Below, piece after piece: positions 38,913 through 47,483 of a stretch of 64,000 nt of DNA (position 1 is its first letter; each line of letters opens with the position of its first letter). The notes under the pieces were generated by a model, which saw only the letters and a program-made list of their open reading frames with translations, was not told the origin of the DNA and made no database searches. Source of the DNA: Elusimicrobiota bacterium (GTDB taxonomy: Bacteria > Elusimicrobiota > Endomicrobiia > Endomicrobiales > JBDRNC01). The stretch lies in contig JBDRNC010000028.1 in the NCBI GenBank assembly GCA_043811535.1, positions 1 through 64,000 on the forward strand. Reading direction: 5' to 3'. Made by a program: the position numbers and the translations under genes.

Positions 38913-40691
38913 ATGGCAACTTACGTTGAGAAATGGGTCAAAGAACAGGCGGACCTGACAAAACCGGACAAGATACACTGGATGGACGGTTCGGAAAAGG
39001 AAACGCGGGAGCTGGTCCGCATCGGCGTTGAACATGAAATGATAGGAAAGCATCACACATTTGCCGAACTCAATCATGTTGCTTACCCGAATTCATACCT
39101 GCACCGCTCGCACCCGACGGACGTCGCAAGGACGGAACATTTAACCTTTGTCTGCGTCCCCAACAAGGATGACGCAGGCCCCAATAACAACTGGATGGAA
39201 CCGAAAGAGGCAAAAGATAAACTGGTAAAACTCTTTGACGGATGCATGAAGGGCCGCACGATGTACGTAATACCCTATTTTATGGGAAATCCCGATTCTC
39301 CCTACGCTAAGCCGTGCGTGCAGGTCACAGATTCAGTTTATGTGGCCGTCAGCATGCGCACTATGACGCGCGTGACTAGAAAAGTGCTGGATAAAATAGG
39401 TGATTCCGATTATTTCGTCAAGGGGCTTCATTCCGTGGGCGACTTGAACCCCGAAAGACGCTGGATTATGCATTTTCCCCAGGACAATCTTGTCATGAGC
39501 GTAGGTTCCGGTTACGGCGGAAATGCTCTCTTGGGCAAGAAATGCTTTTCTCTTAGAATAGCGTCGCATCTGGGCCGCAGGGAAGGATGGCTCGCGGAGC
39601 ATATGATCATAATCGGCGTGGAATCCCCTGACGGCGACGTAAAATATTTCCTGGGGGCCTTTCCGTCGGCTTGCGGAAAGACGAACCTCGCGCTTCTTGA
39701 TCCCGTGCTTAAAGGATATAAAGTATGGACCATAGGCGACGACATAGCGTGGCTGAACGTCGGCGAAGACGGCAAATTGTACGCGATAAACCCCGAACAG
39801 GGCTTCTTCGGCGTAGCTCCCGGGACCGGATACAACACGAACCCGATAATGATGAAGACGCTCAAGAACGACAAGTTTTTCCCGACGCTTTTCACAAACA
39901 CTGCGGTTGACAACGACAATAACACCCCGTGGTGGGAAGGCGCGAGCGACGGAATGCCCGCAAACCTTACCGACTGGCAGGGCAACAAGTATGATCCGGC
40001 TTCCGGCAAGCCCGCGGCGCACCCGAATTCAAGATTTACGGTCTCGGTTTACAACTGCCCGACGCTTTCAAAGGAATTTGACAACCCGAAAGGCGTCCCG
40101 ATCTCCGGAATCATCTTCGGCGGCAGGAGAAAAACCACTATACCGCTCGTCTATGAGAGCTTTGACTGGGCGCACGGCGTTTTTCTCGCGTCCATCATGG
40201 GCTCCGAGACGACTAGCGCCGCGCTTCACCAGGTCGGCGTGGTAAGGCGCGATCCGATGGCCATGCTGCCGTTCTGCGGATACAACATGGGTGATTATCT
40301 CGCACACTGGATAAGTTTTGATAAAAAACTGAAAGAAAAACCAAAGATTTTCATGGTCAACTGGTTCAGGAAAAATGATGAGGGTAAATTCATCTGGCCC
40401 GGCTTTCGCGAGAACAGCCGCGTTATTAAATGGATGCTTGACAGGATCAATGGCAAGGTTGAAGCGAACAAATCCCCGATCGGCCTTATGCCGGACATCA
40501 AGGATATAGATATGACCGGGCTGAACCTGCCGGAAAAGGACAGGGACAAACTGCTGGAAATAAACAGCGCGGAATGGAAGGCTGAACTGCCGGAAATAGA
40601 GAAATTTTACGACCAGTTCGGCCAGAGAATCCCGAAAGAACTGCGCGATAAGCTCGGACAGTTGAAAAAGGAATTTTCCGTCGGTATATAG
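38913..40691 (+). CDS. pckG: Phosphoenolpyruvate carboxykinase (GTP)
   Basis: GSGYGGNALLGKKCFSLR, WLAEHM, FPSACGKTNLA, GDDIAW, AAHPNSRF, RRDPMAMLPFCGYN. Confidence 0.97.
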   Translation: MATYVEKWVKEQADLTKPDKIHWMDGSEKETRELVRIGVEHEMIGKHHTFAELNHVAYPNSYLHRSHPTDVARTEHLTFVCVPNKDDAGPNNNWMEPKEAKDKLVKLFDGCMKGRTMYVIPYFMGNPDSPYAKPCVQVTDSVYVAVSMRTMTRVTRKVLDKIGDSDYFVKGLHSVGDLNPERRWIMHFPQDNLVMSVGSGYGGNALLGKKCFSLRIASHLGRREGWLAEHMIIIGVESPDGDVKYFLGAFPSACGKTNLALLDPVLKGYKVWTIGDDIAWLNVGEDGKLYAINPEQGFFGVAPGTGYNTNPIMMKTLKNDKFFPTLFTNTAVDNDNNTPWWEGASDGMPANLTDWQGNKYDPASGKPAAHPNSRFTVSVYNCPTLSKEFDNPKGVPISGIIFGGRRKTTIPLVYESFDWAHGVFLASIMGSETTSAALHQVGVVRRDPMAMLPFCGYNMGDYLAHWISFDKKLKEKPKIFMVNWFRKNDEGKFIWPGFRENSRVIKWMLDRINGKVEANKSPIGLMPDIKDIDMTGLNLPEKDRDKLLEINSAEWKAELPEIEKFYDQFGQRIPKELRDKLGQLKKEFSVGI

Positions 40692-40718
40692 ACGTTTCGG
40701 GTACATTTAAGAAAACCC

Positions 40719-40747
40719 TTGAAAACAACCCGAGGGTTTGCTATAAT
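40719..40747 (+). promoter_or_regulatory. sigma70-like promoter
   Basis: TTGAAA-17 nt-TATAAT with extended -10 TG. Confidence 0.6.
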
Positions 40748-40777
40748 TGTGTTAAGGTAAAATTTTAATCTCTATTC

Positions 40778-40816
40778 AACGGCCAGGTCTTCCCCCAGCC
40801 TGGCCGTTCTCTTTTA
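40778..40816 (+). terminator. Intrinsic terminator-like hairpin
   Basis: aacggccagg / cctggccgtt 10-bp stem, loop tcttcccccag, followed by ctctttt. Confidence 0.7.
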
Positions 40817-40820
40817 TAAT

Positions 40821-41128
40821 ACTACGATTACACCGATTTTAACTACGATTACACCGATTAAAAACGACGATTCCACGGACAACTTCCGACAAGTAATTAA
40901 TGGAGTCTCCCTGTACTAGGGACTTCATTCAAATAGAATTAATGTTGGTCGCCGATATATCGGGATTAACAACGGCGATTACGCAGATTAAAGCCGTAAT
41001 CCGTGTAATCTCTTATTATATCAGTGTAATTTTAGTTAAAATCTGTGTAATCGTTGTTACTAATCTGTGAAATTGCCGACCACTTTATTATTAATCGGTG
41101 TAATCGTAGTTCAGAATCAGTAATCTTC
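40821..41128. repeat. Inverted nonamer array (GATTACAC / GTGTAATC family)
   Basis: Repeated acgattacaccgatt, later aatcggtgtaatcgt, atctgtgtaatcg and similar. Confidence 0.8.
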
Positions 41129-41133
41129 GTTAT

Positions 41134-41988
41134 ATGAAACCAAAACCTGAATGTACTCCGTGTTTTTTGCGCCAGATGGCCATTGCATCGCGCCTTGCCA
41201 CGCATAGCAAAACGCTGCACGGCAAGGTCCAGCGTGATTCCAAGAGACTGCTATTCAAGATGGGTGATGTCCACAACCCGCCCTATATAGCAACCGTCCT
41301 TTTCCGGAACGCCTATAGGCTCCTTAGAACGAAGGACCCGTACCTGCCGCTTAAGGACAAATACAACAGAAAGGTTAAATCGCTTTTCCCGTTCCTGTCA
41401 AAATTAATTGAAAATTCAATCAATCCTTTGACAACGGCTCTTAAACTGGCGCTTGCCGGCAATATTATAGATTTCGGCATACTGGAGAGATTCAGTCTCA
41501 GCAAGACACTGGAACAGACGCTTGTTCTTAGGATACCTGATATAAAAATAGCTGAAATTAGAAGGAGAATAGTAAAAGCAGCAGATATACTCTTTATAGC
41601 CGATAACGCAGGCGAGATAGGGTTTGACCGCTTTCTGCTTGAACAGATAAAGTCAATAAACCCCTCTGCCAGGATATTCTTGAGCGTCAAGAAGACACCC
41701 ATCATCAATGATGCTACCGCGAAAGATGCCAGATTTTTCAAGCTACAGGAGTTGGCAAAAATCATGGACAGCGGGGATAACTGGATCGGCACCCACCCTC
41801 ATCTTTGCTCCTTTAAATTCCGTGAAATTTTCGAAAACGCCGACTTTATCATATCCAAGGGACAGGCAAATTATGAATCGCTCGAAGAACTTGCCGATCC
41901 GAGGATAGTATTCCTTCTTAAAGCCAAGTGCCCCGTAGTCGCGTCAAACCTCAAAGTAAAACTCAACGACATAGTAATAAAACTTTAA
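41134..41988 (+). CDS. DUF89 / ARMT1-like damage-control phosphatase
   Basis: N-terminal ECTPC, AGNIIDFG, DNAGEI, PIINDAT, SKGQANYESL, LLKAKC. Confidence 0.9.
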   Translation: MKPKPECTPCFLRQMAIASRLATHSKTLHGKVQRDSKRLLFKMGDVHNPPYIATVLFRNAYRLLRTKDPYLPLKDKYNRKVKSLFPFLSKLIENSINPLTTALKLALAGNIIDFGILERFSLSKTLEQTLVLRIPDIKIAEIRRRIVKAADILFIADNAGEIGFDRFLLEQIKSINPSARIFLSVKKTPIINDATAKDARFFKLQELAKIMDSGDNWIGTHPHLCSFKFREIFENADFIISKGQANYESLEELADPRIVFLLKAKCPVVASNLKVKLNDIVIKL

Positions 41989-42062
41989 GACGGGTAAACG
42001 GTAAACGCTAATGCCTGAAGACGTTTTTTCGTTCAACGTTCACCGTTTACCGTTTAACTGTC
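41989..42062. repeat. Inverted heptamer array (GTAAACG / CGTTTAC)
   Basis: ggtaaacggtaaacg ... cgttcaacgttcaccgtttaccgtttaac. Confidence 0.75.
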
Positions 42063-42215
42063 CTTGAAATCACCTTGAAAATCCCTATAAAATTAGTTAG
42101 ACTATTCATTAATCTTCACCTGTAATAGTGGAATTTGCCGGTGTTGTTCTTATTATCTTTTTATCTTTCAAATCTTTTTAATTTTTCAATCTTTTAATCT
42201 CTTTTGGAGGTCTTT

Positions 42216-42629
42216 ATGACAATATTTTTTATTATCCTTACAGTCGTTTTCTGGGGTGTTGCCCCGATACTGGATAAAACCGCTTTGAAGAGCGGGGATC
42301 CTTACATCGGAACGATAATCCGCGGGATCGTTATCGGCATAACGGTCATACTGATCATGCTTATCGGAGGAAAAGCGAAGGAGCTTATGGCGCTTCCCGC
42401 AAAAACGATAATCCTGTTCGGCGTTTCCGGGCTTTTCGCGGGGCTCTTGGGAACATTCACTTTTTACAAGGCGCTCCAGACAGGAGCGACATCCATGATT
42501 GTCCCTCTTGCCGCGACGTATCCGCTCGTGACCGCGCTTTTAAGCGTGCTTATTCTGGGTGAGACCGTTACCGCGGCGAGAATCGCGGGCACTGTGCTGA
42601 TAGTCGGCGGAATTTGGCTTGTTAAATAA
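42216..42629 (+). CDS. EamA/DMT family small transporter
   Basis: FWGVAPILDK, FYKAL, VPLAATYPLVTALLSVLILGE; GGAGG SD before ATG 42216. Confidence 0.88.
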   Translation: MTIFFIILTVVFWGVAPILDKTALKSGDPYIGTIIRGIVIGITVILIMLIGGKAKELMALPAKTIILFGVSGLFAGLLGTFTFYKALQTGATSMIVPLAATYPLVTALLSVLILGETVTAARIAGTVLIVGGIWLVK

Positions 42630-42636
42630 TACAGAC

Positions 42637-42723
42637 AAATGGTTAAAGTCTTTTGCAATTTAGCAATTAAGCCATATGGCCATGTAGTTAATTAGCCATT
42701 TAACCATATAACAATTTAGCCAT
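42637..42723. repeat. Dispersed octamer-based element, copy 1
   Basis: Near-identical to 44569-44655; its end overlaps the mnmG ATG. Confidence 0.85.
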
Positions 42724-44515
42724 GAATCATTTTGATGTTATAGTCATCGGAGCGGGGCACGCGGGGTGCGAAGCGGCGCTCGCAGCGGCGAGAATGGGCG
42801 TTAAAACCCTGCTTGTCACTATGTCGCTTGATGCGGTCGCGCGCATGTCGTGCAATCCGGCGATAGGCGGGCTCGCCAAGGGGCAGATAGTCCGAGAAGT
42901 GGACGCTCTCGGCGGCGAAATGGCAAAAATCACCGACAGGGCGGGCCTCCAGTTCAGGATGCTCAACACTTCAAGGGGCCCGGCGGTGTGGTCGCCGCGC
43001 GCGCAATGCGATAAATATCTTTACAGCCGTTTTATGCGGGAATCTCTTGAAAATCAGAAAAACCTTGGCCTGCTGGAAGACGAGGTTGTAAAAATACTTT
43101 TCAAGAACGGCGCGGTTTCAGGCGTCAGGACAAAGTCAGGAAAAAATTTCGGCGCCGGAGCTGTCATCGCGACTACCGGAACTTTTCTTAAAGGGCTCAT
43201 ACATGTCGGGTTGAAGCATTTTCCGGGCGGCCGGATAGACGAACCATCCGCAGAAGGACTTTCTGCATCTTTGCGGGAAGCCGGGCTTGAACTCAAGCGT
43301 CTTAAGACCGGAACACCGCCCCGGATAGACAGGAACTCGGTGGATTATTCAAAAACGGAACCACAGCCCGGCGACGAGCCGCCCGTTCCGTTCTCCCATT
43401 TCACGGACGCGCCGTCCTGGACAAAGAAAAAGAAACAGCTGAACTGCTGGCTGACTTACACGAACGAAAAGACCCACGAAATAATAAGGAAGAATCTGGA
43501 CCGCTCGCCGCTTTACGCGGGAGTGATAAAAAGCGTCGGGCCGCGCTACTGCCCGTCGATAGAGGACAAGGTCGTCAGGTTCTCTTCCAGGGACCGCCAC
43601 CAGGTCTTCCTTGAACCCGAAGGTTACGAAGCCGCCGAACTGTACGTAAACGGAATATCCACAAGTTTGCCGGAAGACGTCCAGGAAAAAATAGTCCGTT
43701 CCATAAAAGGGCTTGAAAACGCTGAAATTCTGCGCTACGGTTACGCTATAGAATACGATTTCTGCCCGCCGACCCAGATTTACGCGACTCTTGAAACGAA
43801 AACTACGGAAAACCTTTATCTCGCGGGGCAAATCAACGGCACCACCGGCTATGAAGAGGCGGCGGGACAGGGAATTACCGCCGGAATAAACGCCGCGCTG
43901 AAATTAAAAGGCAAAGAGCCTTTTGTGATGGAAAGAAACCTGTCATACATCGGCGTCCTGATAGACGATCTTGTCACCAAAGGCGTTGAAGAGCCGTACA
44001 GGATGTTCACTTCGCGCGCGGAATATAGGCTGATGCTGCGCTCCGACAACGCCGACTTGCGTCTGATGGATTCCGGACGCAAGTTCGGGCTGGTACCCGA
44101 TAAAATGCACGGTCGGTTCGCGCTGTACAGGGACACCGTTGAAAAGATCCTCGCGAAAAAGAAGATTTCGTATCCCGGACCGGAAGAACTTACCCCTTGG
44201 TCAAAAGAAAAAATAGATTTTGAGGTTTCGGTCGAGCGCAAGTATTCCGGATACATTGAAAGACAGAAGCATACCGCGGAAAAAATACAAAAATGCGGCG
44301 GAAAACGCATACCGAAACGCTTTGATTACGATTCTATCCCAAGCCTGCTCACCGAGACGCGGCAGAAACTCAAAAAGATCATGCCGGCCACGATAGGCCA
44401 GGCGTCAAGGATATCGGGCGTAACCCCGTCGGATGTCGCAATCCTTATGATTTATCTGGAAAAGATTAAAGGAGGAGAAAAAGTTAAACGGTTGAACGGC
44501 TGCATGACAAAATAA
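42722..44515 (+). CDS. mnmG: tRNA uridine-5-carboxymethylaminomethyl modification enzyme MnmG
   Basis: GAGHAGCEAA, MSCNPAIGG, RLKTGTPPR, GPRYCPSIEDK, AGQINGTTGYEEAA, PYRMFTSRAEYRL. Confidence 0.98.
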   Translation: MNHFDVIVIGAGHAGCEAALAAARMGVKTLLVTMSLDAVARMSCNPAIGGLAKGQIVREVDALGGEMAKITDRAGLQFRMLNTSRGPAVWSPRAQCDKYLYSRFMRESLENQKNLGLLEDEVVKILFKNGAVSGVRTKSGKNFGAGAVIATTGTFLKGLIHVGLKHFPGGRIDEPSAEGLSASLREAGLELKRLKTGTPPRIDRNSVDYSKTEPQPGDEPPVPFSHFTDAPSWTKKKKQLNCWLTYTNEKTHEIIRKNLDRSPLYAGVIKSVGPRYCPSIEDKVVRFSSRDRHQVFLEPEGYEAAELYVNGISTSLPEDVQEKIVRSIKGLENAEILRYGYAIEYDFCPPTQIYATLETKTTENLYLAGQINGTTGYEEAAGQGITAGINAALKLKGKEPFVMERNLSYIGVLIDDLVTKGVEEPYRMFTSRAEYRLMLRSDNADLRLMDSGRKFGLVPDKMHGRFALYRDTVEKILAKKKISYPGPEELTPWSKEKIDFEVSVERKYSGYIERQKHTAEKIQKCGGKRIPKRFDYDSIPSLLTETRQKLKKIMPATIGQASRISGVTPSDVAILMIYLEKIKGGEKVKRLNGCMTK

Positions 44516-44516
44516 C

Positions 44517-44655
44517 ATGGCTAAATGGCTAATAAATTATAACACCATGGCTAAACTGCTGAATGGCTAAATGGTTAAAGTCTTTGGCAATTTAGCAATT
44601 AAGCCATATGACCATGTAGTTAATCAGTCATTTAACCATACAACCGTTTAGCCAT
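44517..44655. repeat. Dispersed octamer-based element, copy 2
   Basis: Direct near-copy of 42637-42723 and reverse complement of 49670-49790. Confidence 0.85.
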
Positions 44656-44662
44656 ATATTTT

Positions 44663-44917
44663 ATGAATTACATTCAGCTTATTGGCCTTGCCGCGGGAGC
44701 GTTGACCACTTCATCTCTTCTGCCGCAGGTGATTAAATCGTTCAGGACAAAATCTACGAAGGATATCTCGCTCGGGATGTTCATTCTCATATCAACGGGA
44801 AACCTGCTCTGGCTGACATACGGCCTCTTGATACGCGATATTCCGGTTATAGTGGCAAATCTGATGACTTTCTTGTTATCGCTGATGATAATCATGATGA
44901 AAATCAAGTATAAATGA
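44663..44917 (+). CDS. SemiSWEET (PQ-loop) transporter
   Basis: IGL.AG.LTT...LPQVIKSFRTKSTKDIS, LWLTYG, PVIVAN. Confidence 0.92.
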   Translation: MNYIQLIGLAAGALTTSSLLPQVIKSFRTKSTKDISLGMFILISTGNLLWLTYGLLIRDIPVIVANLMTFLLSLMIIMMKIKYK

Positions 44918-44939
44918 ATGACAGACGGAAGAAGGAAGA

Positions 44940-45650
44940 GTGAAGATGGAAGATAAAAAAAGCAAAGACAGCAATTACCTGAAATTAAAGGATTTAGCGT
45001 TAGCCGAAGGGATGGTTTTATTCGGCGCGGCCGATATTTCCGGCATCCGAGGGCAGATTCTCCTGCCTCAAGACCTGACCAGCCGCCTGACTGCCGGCGT
45101 TTCATTCGGCTACAGGATGTCAACAGGCGTGCTTGACACGCTGACTACCGCGCCTAACCAGGTCTACTACTTCCATTACCAGCGGGTGAATATGCTGTTG
45201 GACCAGACAGCGCTCAGAATTACGGCTCTTATACAGAAAAACGGATACTGCGCCCTGCCTGTGCCCGCGTCGCAGGTCGTGGACTGGCAGAAACAATACG
45301 GAACCTTGTCTCACAGGGAAATAGCGCGCCTCGCGGGCCTCGGATGGTACGGCAGGAACAATTTGCTCGTGAATCCCCAATACGGAAGCGGTGTCCGCTA
45401 CGCGACTGTCCTGACCGATATGCCGATGAAGTTCGATAAACCGCTGAAAGATTCCTGCGGGAACTGCGCCCTCTGCATAGCGGTTTGCCCGGCAGGCGCT
45501 ATTAAGAAAGAATCGTTTGACCTCGCTCTTTGCACGGAACAGCTAAAGAATTTCGTGAAAACCGAAAAGATCGGCCAGATGATCTGCGGGCTTTGCGTAA
45601 AAGCGTGTAAAGGGGCAGGCGGAAGACAGAAGACGGAAGACGGAAGATAG
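44940..45650 (+). CDS. Epoxyqueuosine reductase (QueG)-like 4Fe-4S protein
   Basis: SHREIARLAGLGWYGRNNLLVNP.YG, CGNCALCIAVCP, CGLCVKAC; start probably 44946. Confidence 0.8.
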   Translation: MKMEDKKSKDSNYLKLKDLALAEGMVLFGAADISGIRGQILLPQDLTSRLTAGVSFGYRMSTGVLDTLTTAPNQVYYFHYQRVNMLLDQTALRITALIQKNGYCALPVPASQVVDWQKQYGTLSHREIARLAGLGWYGRNNLLVNPQYGSGVRYATVLTDMPMKFDKPLKDSCGNCALCIAVCPAGAIKKESFDLALCTEQLKNFVKTEKIGQMICGLCVKACKGAGGRQKTEDGR

Positions 45651-45660
45651 GAAACGAAAG

Positions 45661-46491
45661 ATGGAAGAAAGAAAAAGGAAGAAAATGATAAATAAACTAT
45701 TTTTATATTGTCTCAATTTGTTTTTTCTCTGTTTGCTTCCATCTTCCCTCTTCCTTCTTCCTTCTGTTTCATCCGCTGACGACCAGCGGCTTGTCGTCAG
45801 TTTCTACATAATTGAGGCTGACAAGATTAAACTGACTAAGCATGAACTCTTTTCCGATATCAACAACCTTACAAAACGGAAGAATTCCGATAAGTTTAAT
45901 TATCTCGGCGGCGGCGACTTCACTCTCTCTCCCTATATTTCCGAAACATTCAATGTCAGGCAGCAAGATTCGGACCTGTCATTGAAACTCTCGTGTCGCC
46001 CGAAACAGGTTCTGGACAAGAAATACTACAGCATACGCTACGAGGCGAGGCTTGCGTATCCCCTTCAAAAGGAATACGCGGTTCTCCAGAAGGAAACGGA
46101 CGCCGCGCCCGGCGAAATAATCATCATATCGGAATCGGATACGACACAGGGCCTAAAAGACACAAGGCCCATATGGGTGGTGCTCAAGACGCAGTCCACG
46201 GAACCCGAATACGCGTACAGCGCGCTCGGCGGCATCGGCGCGAAGATCCAGCTCAGGGACGGGTATCCTTTCATAAGCGAAATTCTTGACGAAAGTCCGG
46301 CAAAAAACGCCGGGCTTCAGGTAGGGGACAAGCTTCTTGAAGCAGACGGCTATTCGCTGCTTCAAGTGACAATAGATGAGGCCTCTAAACTCCTGCGCGG
46401 CAATCCCGGAACCGATGTCAGCCTCAAAATCCGCCGCGCCTCATCAACTGCTCCCGAGATAATAATTCTAAAACGCCGCATACTGGAATAA
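45661..46491 (+). CDS. Exported PDZ-domain protein
   Basis: Signal-peptide-like N-terminus (start probably MINKLF); C-terminal GGIGA...SPAKNAGLQVGD...LLRGNPGTDVSLKIRR PDZ. Confidence 0.8.
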   Translation: MEERKRKKMINKLFLYCLNLFFLCLLPSSLFLLPSVSSADDQRLVVSFYIIEADKIKLTKHELFSDINNLTKRKNSDKFNYLGGGDFTLSPYISETFNVRQQDSDLSLKLSCRPKQVLDKKYYSIRYEARLAYPLQKEYAVLQKETDAAPGEIIIISESDTTQGLKDTRPIWVVLKTQSTEPEYAYSALGGIGAKIQLRDGYPFISEILDESPAKNAGLQVGDKLLEADGYSLLQVTIDEASKLLRGNPGTDVSLKIRRASSTAPEIIILKRRILE

Positions 46492-46609
46492 ACCCCGTTA
46501 GAAACAGGTTGCCATTGTGCAACCGTTGACCGGATAGCTTTATATAAAACTTTAAAGTAAGATTGACCGTAGTTGTCTACTTTTAAATTTCAAAATTTTC
46601 TAACGGGGT
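46492..46609. repeat. CCCGTTAGA / TCTAACGGG inverted-repeat element (MITE/REP-like)
   Basis: 13-bp perfect IR accccgttagaaa / tttctaacggggt. Confidence 0.8.
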
Positions 46610-46613
46610 AAAT

Positions 46614-47360
46614 ATGGCTCAAATCCCGCAGGACTTGATGAATTCATGGCTGGAATTCCTTTCCCGTGAATTCAAGCTGGACCTTTCGGAACAGCAGCTC
46701 CTTGCTTTCACTGTTTTTTTCTCGGAACTTGAAGAATGGAACCGCAATATCAACCTTGTTTCATATAAAACGCCCGAAGAGGTCTTTTTCAGGCATTTCG
46801 CGGATTCTCTCGCGGTAAAAACAGCGTTTGACAGGCATCTGGCCGGAATTTCCGATTTCAGCGCCGCGGACATAGGCGCCGGAGCCGGTTTCCCGGGCAT
46901 TCCGCTGAAGATCGCGTATCCGGGGATGAAGCTCACGCTGATAGAGTCCGTAGGTAAAAAGTGCGCTTTCCTTAAGAACATTTCGGATAAACTCAACCTG
47001 CAAAACGTCGATATATTCAACGGACGCGCCGAACTTATGGGGCAGGATTCTAAAACCAGGGAAAAATATGATATAACTTTATCCAGAGCGGTCACCGCGG
47101 TTTCCCCGAACCTTGAAACGGCGCTGCCCCTTTTAAGGACCGGCGGTTTCGCTTTCATGCATAAATACGAGAATTTTTCCGCGGAACTGGACGCCGCTAA
47201 AACCGCGCTTGAAGTTCTCGGCGGGAAATACGAAACCTCTTTCGGCTACAGACTGCCGGGCGGCGCACGTGAAAGCCACATACTGGTTTTCTCGAAAAGC
47301 GGGAATACGCCTCTCAAGTACCCGAGGCGCCCGGGCATGGCGGAGAAGAAGCCTATATAA
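46614..47360 (+). CDS. rsmG: 16S rRNA m7G527 methyltransferase RsmG
   Basis: WNRNINLVS, RHFADSL, DIGAGAGFPGIPL, GRAE, SRAV, KYPRRPG. Confidence 0.96.
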   Translation: MAQIPQDLMNSWLEFLSREFKLDLSEQQLLAFTVFFSELEEWNRNINLVSYKTPEEVFFRHFADSLAVKTAFDRHLAGISDFSAADIGAGAGFPGIPLKIAYPGMKLTLIESVGKKCAFLKNISDKLNLQNVDIFNGRAELMGQDSKTREKYDITLSRAVTAVSPNLETALPLLRTGGFAFMHKYENFSAELDAAKTALEVLGGKYETSFGYRLPGGARESHILVFSKSGNTPLKYPRRPGMAEKKPI

Positions 47361-47375
47361 AGAAGTACTACATTT

Positions 47376-47467
47376 TTCCTCCCCCCTTGCGGGGGAGGAT
47401 TAAGGTGGGGGGCAAGAAGACAATTATCACCCCCATCCCAGCCTTCCCCCGTCGGAGGGGGAAGGAG
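47376..47467. repeat. Paired GC-rich REP-like palindromes
   Basis: ctccccccttgcgggggagg..aggtgggggg ... cacccccatcccagccttcccccgtcggagggggaaggag. Confidence 0.7.
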
Positions 47468-47483
47468 TAGGTTAGGAGACAAC

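Noticed and set aside
39333..40706. Minus-strand ORFs of 165-229 aa overlapping pckG
   Set aside because: Antisense to a highly conserved gene
40821..41128. Possible CRISPR array
   Set aside because: Degenerate 9-mer units in inverted arrangement, no constant repeat with unique spacers, no cas genes
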